DNA of 64,000 bases from an uncultured Anaerolineaceae bacterium (GCA_964517315.1 CAZFCJ010000003.1:4487-68486); one strand, 5' to 3'; positions 9,677-19,122 are shown, counted from the first letter of the stretch. A program made the numbers and translations. The notes: generated by a model from the sequence alone, not told the origin.

Positions 9677-11101
9677 ATGCAGGATTACAGGCTCTTCATC
9701 GGCGGGAAATGGGTCGACGGTGGAGATCAATTGGAGGTCAAAAACAAGTACAGTCAGGAGACGCTGGGGGTGATCCCGCAGGCGAGCCGGGACGACGTGG
9801 AGGCCGCGGTCGGAGCGGCGGAAAAGACCGCACCGACCATGGCGCGCATGCCGGCGCATCAGCGGGCGGCGATCCTCAGCCGCACCGCCCAGCTGCTGAG
9901 CGAGCGTTACGAGGACTTCGCCCGCACCATCGCCGCTGAAGCCGGAAAAGCGCTCAAATTCTCGCGCGGTGAAGTCGATCGCGGTATCAGCACCTTCACC
10001 ATCGCGGCCGAAGAGGCCAAGCGCATCCACGGCGAAACCGTTCCTATGGACGCCGTGCCTTCAGGTGAAGGTTACTTCGGCTTCTACGTTCGGCGCCCGC
10101 TTGGGGTGGTGGCCGCGATATCTCCGTTCAACTTCCCGCTGAACCTGGTGGCTCACAAGGTCGCGCCGGCTCTGGCCTCGGGCAACACCGTGGTGCTCAA
10201 GCCCGCCAGCGCGACCCCGCTGACGGCTGTCTTGCTGTGCCAGGTTCTGGAGGAGGCCGGCGCCCCTCCCGGCGCCGTCAACCTGGTGGTCGGGCCGGGG
10301 AAGACCGTCGGGGAATGGCTGGTCACCGACCCCCGCGTGGCCAAGATCACCTTCACCGGAAGTCCCCCCGTCGGGGAGCGGATCACCAATATCGCCGGCA
10401 TCAAGAAAGTGACCCTCGAGCTGGGCAACACCTCGCCCGTTGTGATCGGCCCCGAGGCGGACCTCGATCGTGTGGCCGAGCGCTGCGCGGTGGGCGCCTA
10501 CTACAATTCCGGGCAGGTGTGCATCTCCGTCCAGCGTATCTACGGCGAGCGGCCGATATACGAGCCGTTTACGGAGAAATTCGTGGCCGCCAGCGAGAAC
10601 ATGGTGGTGGGTGATCCGCTCGACGAGCGGGTTGATGTGGGACCCATGATCGACGTCACAGAGGCCGAACGCATTGAGGGTTGGGTGCAGGAAGCCCAAA
10701 GCGCCGGCGCCAGTGTGCAGACGGGGGGAAGGCGCGAAGGGGCCGTCTATCGCCCGACCGTGCTCACGAACGTCTCGTCAGATATGAGGGTGGTGTCCGA
10801 TGAGGCCTTTGCTCCCGTGGCCTCCGTGATCGAGAGCGACGACTTCGAAACCGCACTGCGGCAGGCCAATGACACGGAATACGGGCTTCAGGTGGGCGTG
10901 TTCACCAACGACGTCAACCGCGTGCTCAAGGCCGTGCGCGAGCTCAACTTCGGCGGCGTGATCATCAATGAAACCCCGGTCTTCCGCGCCGACCACATGC
11001 CCTATGGCGGCAACCGCAAGAGCGGACTCGGCCGGGAAGGGCTCAAGTACGCCATCGAAGAGATGACCAACATCCAGATGGTGGTGATCCGTGAGGAATG
11101 A
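9677..11101 (+). CDS. NAD(P)-dependent aldehyde dehydrogenase (candidate succinate-semialdehyde dehydrogenase of the HPA pathway)
   Basis: 474 aa. Motifs LELGNTSP and NSGQVCISVQR. RBS GAGGAGG upstream. Confidence 0.8.
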   Translation: MQDYRLFIGGKWVDGGDQLEVKNKYSQETLGVIPQASRDDVEAAVGAAEKTAPTMARMPAHQRAAILSRTAQLLSERYEDFARTIAAEAGKALKFSRGEVDRGISTFTIAAEEAKRIHGETVPMDAVPSGEGYFGFYVRRPLGVVAAISPFNFPLNLVAHKVAPALASGNTVVLKPASATPLTAVLLCQVLEEAGAPPGAVNLVVGPGKTVGEWLVTDPRVAKITFTGSPPVGERITNIAGIKKVTLELGNTSPVVIGPEADLDRVAERCAVGAYYNSGQVCISVQRIYGERPIYEPFTEKFVAASENMVVGDPLDERVDVGPMIDVTEAERIEGWVQEAQSAGASVQTGGRREGAVYRPTVLTNVSSDMRVVSDEAFAPVASVIESDDFETALRQANDTEYGLQVGVFTNDVNRVLKAVRELNFGGVIINETPVFRADHMPYGGNRKSGLGREGLKYAIEEMTNIQMVVIREE

Positions 11102-11297
11102 GCGACCGGGTCGAGAGACCGACCTTCGAAGCAGGGAGATTGGAGACTGGCGACTTGAGACTCGGAGCTGTGATTCGTTATCCTTGATCTCGGGGGGGAA
11201 CCACGAAGAACTCGAAGGGCACGAAGAGGGATCCAAAGATTCACAAAGCGGGGGGTAGAGACTCTGAAATTCTCGTGTCTGAGTGTTATTTCTTTTG

Positions 11298-11325
11298 GTA
11301 ACTAGTAACTAGTAACCAGTAACTG
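11298..11325. repeat. 4 x 7-bp tandem repeat GTAACTA GTAACTA GTAACCA GTAACTG
   Basis: Read directly from the sequence. Lies inside a low-GC convergent intergenic island. Confidence 0.85.
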
Positions 11326-11410
11326 CTAGCTGGTTGCCTGGAGACTGAGGGCTGATACCTGAATCCTCAAGCCAGAAACCAGAAGCCAATGGCCAAAGCC
11401 CTTTAGCTCA

Positions 11411-11438
11411 GCGCTCGGGGCTCAGTGCTCAGAGCTGT
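11411..11438 (-). repeat. 28-nt dispersed 3'-end repeat (ACAGCTCTGAGCACTGAGCNCCGAGCGC), copy 1
   Basis: 27/28 identical to the reverse complement of 18999..19026. Overlaps the tsaD stop codon. Confidence 0.8.
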
Positions 11439-12484
11439 TTACTGGCCAGCGGCCAGGTCGGGAGCGCGTCGATGTCCAGCGCGTCGCGCTGGCCGGCGAG
11501 GAAGCGGCGGTGCCCGACGGCGCCGATCATGGCTGCGTTGTCGGTGCAAAGCTCGATCGGCGGCACGCGGACCGGGACCTGGGCGCGCTCCCGGAACGCG
11601 GAGCGGAGGGGCCGGTTCGCGGCCACCCCGCCGGCGACGAGCACGGTTTGGGCGTTGAACTCCTCGACGGCGTCAAGGGTCTTGTCCACGAGCACATCGA
11701 CCACCGCTCGCTGGAACGAGGCCGCCATGTCGGCCAGCGGTAAGCCGGGCGCCGGGGCCTCCACACCGGCTTCGAGCTCCGGCTGCTTCTCGCGCACCTC
11801 CCGCAGCACCGCCGTTTTCAGTCCGCTGAACGAGAAATCCCAGGTTCCTTGCAGGCGGGCGCGCGGAAAATCGAACGCCTCTGGATCGCCGTTTTGGGCC
11901 GTGGATTGGATGGCCGGTCCGCCGGGGTAGCCGAGGCCGAGCAGTCGAGCGACTTTGTCGAAAGCCTCCCCCGCTGCGTCGTCAAGCGTGCCGCCAAGAC
12001 GCTGGTACGTGAGGTGATCCTTCATCAGGACCAGCTCGGTGTGGCCGCCGGAAACGATCAAGGCCACCATCGGGAAGGCCGGCTCCTGTTGCTCTTCAAC
12101 CAGCCAGATCGAGTAGACATGCCCCTCCAGATGGTTGACGCCGATCAGAGGCAGGTTGTGGGCGAGCGCCAGCCCCTTGGCCATGTTGAGACCGACGACC
12201 AGGGATCCGGCCAGTCCGGGGCCGCGGGTCACCGCCACGGCATCGATCGACTCCAGCTCCACGTGCGCCCGATCGAGCACCTCCTCGACGACCGGGTAGA
12301 TCGTCTCAATATGCACCCTGGACGCCATCTCCGGGAACACACCGCCGTATTTTGCGTGCAGCTCCGCCTGCGAGGCCACGGCCGAGCTGGCGATGTGCCG
12401 GCCGTCTTCGATGACCGCGGCCGCGGTTTCGTCGCAAGAAGTCTCGATGCCAAGAATTCGGGTCTGCTCGGATGGCTCCATCAA
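11429..12484 (-). CDS. tsaD: tRNA N6-adenosine threonylcarbamoyltransferase
   Basis: 351 aa with GIETSCDETAAAV and HLEGH motifs. Kae1/TsaD family. Confidence 0.92.
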   Translation of the reverse strand: MMEPSEQTRILGIETSCDETAAAVIEDGRHIASSAVASQAELHAKYGGVFPEMASRVHIETIYPVVEEVLDRAHVELESIDAVAVTRGPGLAGSLVVGLNMAKGLALAHNLPLIGVNHLEGHVYSIWLVEEQQEPAFPMVALIVSGGHTELVLMKDHLTYQRLGGTLDDAAGEAFDKVARLLGLGYPGGPAIQSTAQNGDPEAFDFPRARLQGTWDFSFSGLKTAVLREVREKQPELEAGVEAPAPGLPLADMAASFQRAVVDVLVDKTLDAVEEFNAQTVLVAGGVAANRPLRSAFRERAQVPVRVPPIELCTDNAAMIGAVGHRRFLAGQRDALDIDALPTWPLASKQL

Positions 12485-12509
12485 ACCCCTCTCCGCGCGA
12501 GGGCCGGTC

Positions 12510-13751
12510 TCAATCGCCGTCCAGCGCGATGATCAGATCGTGCGGGTATTCGGCGAGCCGTTCGACGCTCCCGTCGCTGCGCACATAAACGGTGTCTTCC
12601 AGCCGCACCGCCATGTCCCCGTCAGGGTAATACAGGCCGGGTTCGAAGGTAAAGACCATGCCTGGCCGGAGGGTCGTCTCGTCGGGGCTCGGATGATGGC
12701 GGAAGCTCGGCGGCTCATGAATCGCCAGCCCAATTCCGTGGGCCAGGCCGTGAATATAGCCGGAATCGCTCTCCGGGGCGCTGCGCACCGTCGAATGGCC
12801 GAGCGCCTCGAACTGACGACAGGCTTCGTTCTGCAGCTCGCGAGTCGAGGCGCCGGCCTCGAGCAGCGGAAACACCGCCTCGTAGACGTGCTGTACATCG
12901 GCGTGGAGCGCCTGGACCTCTTCCGAGGCTTCGCCCAGGACCCAAGTCCGAGTGAAATCGAAGAAGTACCCTCCGCCCAGTTCACGCGGGTAAATGTCGA
13001 AGATGATCGTTGTCCCCGGCGTGATCTCATCTTCGTCTCGGCCGACGCTGTGGCCGATGGCCCCATCTCGACCCTGGGCGAAGATGGGCCCGAACGGGGA
13101 CTCGGCCCGGCGTTCGGCGAGCAGAAGGTGGATGCGGTTCTTGACGGCGCCCACGGTAAGCGGACTCCCAGCTTGGTCCAACAACCGATCGCCTTCCAGG
13201 CGGAGGTCTCCGAGCTGTGAACGGATCGCATCGACAACTTCCACGGTGACCTGACCCATGCGGCGGATGCGCTCGATCTCCTCAGAGTCCTTGGTCATAC
13301 GCGCCCGACCCAGCACACCCCGACTGCCGTAGTCCGGAATCCATTCAACGTCCGGCAGCAGCTCCTTGAACCGCTCGAGCGTACCCAGCAACTCGCCCGC
13401 CTCAATGTGCCCGTAGACGGCCACCCGTCCGGCGAGCCCCAGCTTTTCAAAGTGCTCGGCCAATTGCAGCGCATAGGCCCAGTGACGATCCCCCTCGGTC
13501 TGCTCCAGGAGCTCATGGAGGCGGCCCTGATCGAGCAGCACGCTGCGCAGCCCGGTGGCCCTCGCCTCTTCCCGCTCCAGCATATGGTGCAGCAGGATGG
13601 GCGGCTGGCCGGCTTTCTTAATCAGGTTGACGCCCTCGAGATGGGCCCGGCCGACGAAGTAATCCAGCGGGGGGTTGCCTCCAGCGGAACCTGTAATCCA
13701 AAGCGCGTCCAGCCCGGCCTCGGACATGAAGCGGTCGATGTCAGTTTTCAT
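12510..13751 (-). CDS. M24 family Xaa-Pro aminopeptidase/dipeptidase
   Basis: 413 aa with pita-bread metal-site motif HGLAHGIGLAIHEPP. Confidence 0.85.
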   Translation of the reverse strand: MKTDIDRFMSEAGLDALWITGSAGGNPPLDYFVGRAHLEGVNLIKKAGQPPILLHHMLEREEARATGLRSVLLDQGRLHELLEQTEGDRHWAYALQLAEHFEKLGLAGRVAVYGHIEAGELLGTLERFKELLPDVEWIPDYGSRGVLGRARMTKDSEEIERIRRMGQVTVEVVDAIRSQLGDLRLEGDRLLDQAGSPLTVGAVKNRIHLLLAERRAESPFGPIFAQGRDGAIGHSVGRDEDEITPGTTIIFDIYPRELGGGYFFDFTRTWVLGEASEEVQALHADVQHVYEAVFPLLEAGASTRELQNEACRQFEALGHSTVRSAPESDSGYIHGLAHGIGLAIHEPPSFRHHPSPDETTLRPGMVFTFEPGLYYPDGDMAVRLEDTVYVRSDGSVERLAEYPHDLIIALDGD

Positions 13752-15102
13752 CGCTGTTCTCGATCATCGAGCGCAAGATCTCGAGCAATTCCGGCTCCTG
13801 CTCGGGCAGCACGGTCCGGGGGTCGAGCAGCACCTGATCGTCTTCAATGCGGGCGACCACAGGGGGGTCGAAGGCCCGCAGAAGGTGCACGAATCCCTCG
13901 GCATCGGCGGCCGCATGGGCCCACAACCATGTGGGCAGGCTTTCTCCTGGAAGACTGCCGCCGCCCACGGTCGATTGTCCCTCCAGAACGGTACCCGCGC
14001 CAAGCTCGTCAACCCAACCCTGCACCCGGCCCTTCAGGGTTTCCGGTTCGGCGCTGATCATGCGCCAGATCGGGATTTCGTCCGCGGCCTCGCCCTTGAG
14101 GTAGTGCAGCAAGGTCGCGCTCAAAGCCGCCAGGCACAGTTTGTCCGGTCGGACGGCTCGCGCCAGCGGATGGCGGCGCAGGCGCTCGACGACCTCCGCA
14201 TGGCCGCAGACCAACCCCGCCTGGGGTCCCCCCAGCAGCTTGTCGCCCGAAAAAGTGACCACCGAGGCGCCCTGTTGGAGTGATTCTTGCACCATGGGTT
14301 CATGGGCCAGGCCGTAATCTGCGGTGTCGAGGAAGGTGCCTGAGCCCAGGTCGTCGATCAGGGGAACGCCGGCCCGCCCGGCGAGGTCGCCAAGTTCGGC
14401 CAAGGAGGGCTCGGTGGTGAAGCCGATAAGCTGAAAATTGGAGTGGTGGGCCCGCAGAATGACGCCGGTGTCGCCGCTGAGGGCCGATTCGTAGTCGTGC
14501 AAATGGGTGCGGTTGGTCGTCCCAACTTCCACCAGATGGGCGCCCGATTGCGCGAGCACCTCGGGGATGCGAAAGCCGCCTCCGATCTCAATGAGCTGGG
14601 TGCGCGAAATCAAAGCGTCCTTACCCTCGGCGAGCGCGGTGAGGGCCAGCAGCACGGCGGCCGCGTTGTTGTTGACCACCAGGGCGGCTTGCGCGGCCGT
14701 GATGCGCGTCAGGAGGGATTCGACGTGCTGATCGCGATGACCCCGACCGCCCTGCTCGAGGTCGAACTCCAGGTTGCTGTACTGACCAGCGACCGCCCGC
14801 ATGGCCTGCATGGCAGCACGACTGAGGGGAGCGCGTCCCAGGTTGGTGTGAAGAACCACTCCGCTGGCGTTGATGACCGGCCTCAGATTTGGCCGCGTCC
14901 AACGCTGGAGCGTACGGAGCGCGGAGGTGATCAGGCCGTGATCCGAAGGAGACGGGTCGCCGCGGCGGATGCGGCCCCTGGCGCGTTCGAGCTGATGGCG
15001 CAAGGCCTGGGTTGTCAACGACCTGCCGTAGCGCTGGAGCAGCGGGCCGCTGTCCTCGGAGCGCAGAAGCTGATCGACCGAGGGGAGGTCGCGCAGGCTC
15101 AT
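13741..15102 (-). CDS. selA: L-seryl-tRNA(Sec) selenium transferase
   Basis: PLP-Lys motif FSGDKLLGGPQAG and N-terminal LPSVDQLL. I chose ATG 15102 (MSLRDLPSV), which forms an ATGA overlap with the upstream membrane gene. The listed ORF extends to 15147. Confidence 0.88.
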   Translation of the reverse strand: MSLRDLPSVDQLLRSEDSGPLLQRYGRSLTTQALRHQLERARGRIRRGDPSPSDHGLITSALRTLQRWTRPNLRPVINASGVVLHTNLGRAPLSRAAMQAMRAVAGQYSNLEFDLEQGGRGHRDQHVESLLTRITAAQAALVVNNNAAAVLLALTALAEGKDALISRTQLIEIGGGFRIPEVLAQSGAHLVEVGTTNRTHLHDYESALSGDTGVILRAHHSNFQLIGFTTEPSLAELGDLAGRAGVPLIDDLGSGTFLDTADYGLAHEPMVQESLQQGASVVTFSGDKLLGGPQAGLVCGHAEVVERLRRHPLARAVRPDKLCLAALSATLLHYLKGEAADEIPIWRMISAEPETLKGRVQGWVDELGAGTVLEGQSTVGGGSLPGESLPTWLWAHAAADAEGFVHLLRAFDPPVVARIEDDQVLLDPRTVLPEQEPELLEILRSMIENSDEN

Positions 15103-15497
15103 ATTCCAGCACGGGGGGCGCCGGGATCGACGCGCCTTAGCAGCCACTCCAACGCCGCCAGCACGCCTGCCAGCAGCAGTCCGAGCGGCAGGGTCAGCGC
15201 CCGATTGACCTGCAGCCAGGCGCAGAGGCCCGCGTACAGGCCGACGAGCAGGGCCTCACGCAGCAGCACCGAGCTGGCAACCGCGCCACGCTCCGAGAAC
15301 CGTCGATTGAGAAGCCAAAGGAAGGGCAGAGAGGTGCCTGTGATCGCAAGAGTCCATAAGAAGAAGAAGAGCCAGCGGGGGCCGACGGTGGGTCTGGTGC
15401 CGATGATCACCAGCAGCAGTCCTACCCAGCCGATGCCGGCCATGACGAGCGCGGACACCATCAAACTTCCGTATGGAGACGATGACTGATTGGGCAT
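15099..15497 (-). CDS. small integral membrane protein (about 4 TM), function unknown
   Basis: 132 aa, hydrophobic segments. Translationally coupled (ATGA) to selA. Confidence 0.55.
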   Translation of the reverse strand: MPNQSSSPYGSLMVSALVMAGIGWVGLLLVIIGTRPTVGPRWLFFFLWTLAITGTSLPFLWLLNRRFSERGAVASSVLLREALLVGLYAGLCAWLQVNRALTLPLGLLLAGVLAALEWLLRRVDPGAPRAGI

Positions 15498-15613
15498 TAA
15501 GAGCGGCTCTCCAGGATGTGGTCAGCATTATAGTCCACCCTTGGGGCCGCAACGCCGAGAAGAAGGGTGGGACCCCGGCAGCGCCGGCGGGGTATAATCC
15601 GCCGCTGGACCCC

Positions 15614-17515
15614 ATGTCGTTACTTAAGGCCGCTGACCTCCATAAAGCTTACGGCGCTCACGACGTTCTGCAAGGCGTGTCGCTAGACCTGCCCCAGCAG
15701 GCGCGGATTGCACTAGTCGGGCCGAACGGAATCGGCAAGAGCACCTTGCTGCGCATCCTGGCCGGGAACGAAGGCCCGGATGACGGTCAGGTTCAGCGCG
15801 CCAAGCGCGCCACCATCGGCTATCTTCCGCAAGAATTGAGGCAGGGCGAGGATCGGGCAAGGCTCGAGCGCAGCCTGTGGGATGCGACCCTGGATGCGTT
15901 CGAGGACCTGCGCCAAATCGAACAGGAGCTGAATGACCTCGAGAGCGCCATGGCTGACCCGAGACGGGCGGCCGAGGCGATGGCCGAGTACGGCCCGCTG
16001 CAGGAGGAGTTCGAGCGAGCCGGTGGGTACACGTACGCCGCGGAAACTAAGCGCGTACTGCGCGGGCTGGGCTTCTCCGAGCCGCAGTTCTCTCAGTCGC
16101 TGGCCACCCTTTCAGGCGGTGAGCGGACGCGCGCGCTCCTGGCGCGGCTGCTGCTGGAGGATCCGGAATTGTTGATCCTCGACGAGCCGACAAATCATCT
16201 GGACATCGCGGCCCTGGAATGGCTGGAAGCATGGTTGGACGGTTGGCCGGGCGCCGCTCTGATCGTCTCTCATGACCGCTACTTCCTGGATCGAACCGTG
16301 GGCACCGTTTGGGAGCTCACCGAGAACGGCCTCGAGACCTATCGGGGAAACTACTCGGCGTACGCCGAACAGCGGCGGATGCGGCGGGAGCGGCAAGCCG
16401 ACCTTTACGGGAGGCAGCAGGAGCACGTCGCCAGGGAACGCGAATTCATCCGGCGCAACATCGCTGGCCAGAACACCCGGCAGGCTCAGGGCCGACGCAA
16501 GAGGCTGGAACGGTTCCTGGAGCAAGATGCCATGTCCGCCCCCTCCGAAGAGCGTGAGGTATCCATCCAGCTCGACACCGAGCGGCGCAGCGGGGATATC
16601 GTGCTGCGGGCCCGGGGATTGAGCGTCGGAAGAGGGGGCGATACGTTTTTCACGGTGCCCGACTTGATCGTCCGCCGCGGGGAGCGCGTCGCCGTCGTCG
16701 GGCCCAACGGTGTGGGCAAGACCACGCTGCTCAAGACGCTGACCGGTGCGCTGCCGGCGATGGATGGAGACGTACAGCTGGGCGCCAACGTGCAGATCGG
16801 CTACTTTGCCCAAGCTCATGGGGGATTGCAATCCGACCACAGCGTGCTGGAATCGATGCTGGAGGCGGACGAGGACATGAAGATTTCAGCCGCCCGCTCC
16901 TGGCTGGCGCGGTTCCTGTTCCGAGGTGAAGATGTGGAGAAGTCGGTCGCCGGGCTTTCGGGCGGCGAACGGGGACGCCTGGCGTTGGCCCGGCTTTCGC
17001 GGCAGGGGGCCAACCTGCTGCTATTGGATGAGCCCACCACTCACCTGGATCACGCCTCCCAAGAAGCCCTGCAGCAGGCGCTCTCCGAGTTCCCCGGCAC
17101 GATCGTGTTCATCTCCCACGATCGGTATCTGATCGACGCCCTCGCTACGCAGATCTGGGGGGTCAGGCCGAACAACGAAGAGATGCAGGTGGTCATCGGA
17201 AGCTATGAGGCCTATCGGGCTGCTCAGCCGCAGATCGAAGAGATGTCTCAGCCCGCGGATGCCGAACCAAAGCCCGATCGTCGACCCCCGAAGCGAGAGG
17301 AGGGCTCGACGATTCCTCAACGGCTGGAGGTGATTGAAAATCGAGTGGAGGAGCTTGAAAACTCGCTCGAGAAGTTGGCCTGGGAAATCGAGCGATCTGG
17401 ATCCGATTTGGAGCGCGTAAGGGCCCTGGGTGAGCAGTACGCAGGGTTGGAAAGCGAGCTCCAAGATCTTCTGGCCGAGTGGGAGCGTCTCTCTGAACTC
17501 GGGGAAGGTGCGTGA
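15614..17515 (+). CDS. ABC-F family ATPase (tandem ATP-binding cassettes, no TM domain)
   Basis: Two Walker A motifs (GPNGIGKST, GPNGVGKTT) and two signatures (LSGGERTR, LSGGERGR), with a coiled-coil C-terminus. Start set at ATG 15614 (MSLLKAADL); the listed ORF starts at 15473. Confidence 0.88.
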   Translation: MSLLKAADLHKAYGAHDVLQGVSLDLPQQARIALVGPNGIGKSTLLRILAGNEGPDDGQVQRAKRATIGYLPQELRQGEDRARLERSLWDATLDAFEDLRQIEQELNDLESAMADPRRAAEAMAEYGPLQEEFERAGGYTYAAETKRVLRGLGFSEPQFSQSLATLSGGERTRALLARLLLEDPELLILDEPTNHLDIAALEWLEAWLDGWPGAALIVSHDRYFLDRTVGTVWELTENGLETYRGNYSAYAEQRRMRRERQADLYGRQQEHVAREREFIRRNIAGQNTRQAQGRRKRLERFLEQDAMSAPSEEREVSIQLDTERRSGDIVLRARGLSVGRGGDTFFTVPDLIVRRGERVAVVGPNGVGKTTLLKTLTGALPAMDGDVQLGANVQIGYFAQAHGGLQSDHSVLESMLEADEDMKISAARSWLARFLFRGEDVEKSVAGLSGGERGRLALARLSRQGANLLLLDEPTTHLDHASQEALQQALSEFPGTIVFISHDRYLIDALATQIWGVRPNNEEMQVVIGSYEAYRAAQPQIEEMSQPADAEPKPDRRPPKREEGSTIPQRLEVIENRVEELENSLEKLAWEIERSGSDLERVRALGEQYAGLESELQDLLAEWERLSELGEGA

Positions 17516-17530
17516 TATAATCCGCGCCGC

Positions 17531-18964
17531 TTGGTTGGGAGGGAACATAGAGCGTTGTCACGCCGCGAACGTGAAATGAAGGACGGATCGAGCCGCAGAT
17601 TGACCGATCGCCTGGTCTGGATCCTGGGTGCCGCGGTGGTTGTTGGCACCCTGGTCTCGGCGGGGTTGATCTTCTCGGCGGCCCGAGGCTTGGCCGCCTC
17701 CTGGACGGAGGGCGGTCTTCCGTCGTTCAGTGGAGTCGGCCGTCCATCCTCCGAAGGAACTCCCCTCCCCGGGGTCACGCCAACCGTGGCGCCTCTGGAT
17801 GAAGCAAAGCCGTGGGACGGCAGCGAGCGCGTCACGATTTTGCTGATGGGGCTTGACTATCGGTCCTGGGAAGAGAATGACGGACCCCCACGCACGGACT
17901 CGATGATGCTGGTGACGATCGATCCGGTGGCCCGCACCGCAGGAATGCTTTCCATCCCCCGCGACCTGTGGGTCGAGATCCCGGGTTTCGAGCACAACCG
18001 CATCAACACCGCCTACTTCCTCGGCGAGAGCTATAACCTCCCCGGGGGCGGGCCGGGGCTGGCGATGAAAACGGTGGAGAACTTCCTTGGGGTTCCGATT
18101 GACTATTATGCGGTGATCTACTTCCACGTTTTCGAGGATATGGTCGACGAGATCGGCGGCATCGACGTCTTGGTCAAAGAGGACATTAAGGTCTCCCCGA
18201 TCGGGCGGACAAGTGTGGTGCTCACGGCGAAGGCGCACCATCTGGACGGAGCGCACGCCCTAGCCTACGCGCGGGCGCGCAAGTCTGGGGGCGGGGATTT
18301 CGACCGGGCGCAAAGGCAGCAGCAGGTGGCCATGGCCATTCGCGACCGGATCCTTGGGGTGAATATGGTCCCGACTTTGATTCGCAGGGCGCCGGCACTG
18401 TACGAGCATATGCGCACCGGATTGCGCACGAATTTGACCTTCGATCAGATATTCCGACTTGGACTTCTTGCGCTTGAGATTCCCGAAGAGAACATCAAAA
18501 AGGGCATCATCGGCCCGCCGGAGATGGTCGAATTCGAGACTCTTCCCAGCGGCGCCGAGGTGCTGCGTCCGCTGCCGGATCGTATCCGCATGCTCAGGGA
18601 CGAGATCTTCACCGAGGCAGGGGCGATCGGCCCCTCGGTTTCAGTCGAAGAGCCGGTGGAGGCCGCCGATCTGGAGGATGCCCGGATTTCCGTGCTCAAC
18701 GGCTCAGGCATCGAGGGGGTAGCGACCGCCACCTCCGAGTATCTGCAGTCGCGCGGTCTGAACGTGGTCGAGGTGGCCAACGCGAACCGGCTCGACTACG
18801 CCAAGACGATCGTGATCGACTACACGGGCAACCCGTACACCACCCGCTTCCTGCACGAACTGATGGGCCTGTCGGAAAGCCAGATCCTCAGCCAGCCCTC
18901 GCCGGACAGCGAGATCGACGTCGAGGTGATCTTGGGCGCCGATTGGACGGGGCCGCCGGGGTAG
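17531..18964 (+). CDS. LytR-CpsA-Psr (LCP) family cell-envelope phosphotransferase
   Basis: 477 aa with an N-terminal TM segment, LCP core (DSMMLVTIDP...LSIPRD) and a LytR_C-like C-terminus. Start is ambiguous (alternative ATG 17576). Confidence 0.85.
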   Translation: MVGREHRALSRREREMKDGSSRRLTDRLVWILGAAVVVGTLVSAGLIFSAARGLAASWTEGGLPSFSGVGRPSSEGTPLPGVTPTVAPLDEAKPWDGSERVTILLMGLDYRSWEENDGPPRTDSMMLVTIDPVARTAGMLSIPRDLWVEIPGFEHNRINTAYFLGESYNLPGGGPGLAMKTVENFLGVPIDYYAVIYFHVFEDMVDEIGGIDVLVKEDIKVSPIGRTSVVLTAKAHHLDGAHALAYARARKSGGGDFDRAQRQQQVAMAIRDRILGVNMVPTLIRRAPALYEHMRTGLRTNLTFDQIFRLGLLALEIPEENIKKGIIGPPEMVEFETLPSGAEVLRPLPDRIRMLRDEIFTEAGAIGPSVSVEEPVEAADLEDARISVLNGSGIEGVATATSEYLQSRGLNVVEVANANRLDYAKTIVIDYTGNPYTTRFLHELMGLSESQILSQPSPDSEIDVEVILGADWTGPPG

Positions 18965-18998
18965 AAGCTCTCACAACCACCAGGCCGACCTTCGTTAT

Positions 18999-19026
18999 AC
19001 AGCTCTGAGCACTGAGCGCCGAGCGC
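18999..19026 (+). repeat. 28-nt dispersed 3'-end repeat, copy 2
   Basis: ACAGCTCTGAGCACTGAGCGCCGAGCGC, 35 nt after the LCP gene stop. It has the same orientation relative to its upstream gene as copy 1. Confidence 0.8.
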
Positions 19027-19122
19027 GTTGAGATAGAAGGCTCCTGTGGAATGTACGGAGGTCGGGGTCCCACGGCCGATCGTCCCCCCACGGACTGGCC
19101 CTCCCCACATCCCTGCACGTTC

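Noticed and set aside
9120-9773. 217-aa ORF spanning the REP-like palindrome region and running into the ALDH start
   Set aside because: Arg/Gly/Pro-rich sequence that reads straight through three palindromic repeats, with no RBS. I treat the region as non-coding.
15473-15613. N-terminal extension of the ABC-F ORF
   Set aside because: It would overlap the divergent membrane gene. The ABC-F consensus N-terminus (MSLLKAADLHKAYG) starts at 15614.
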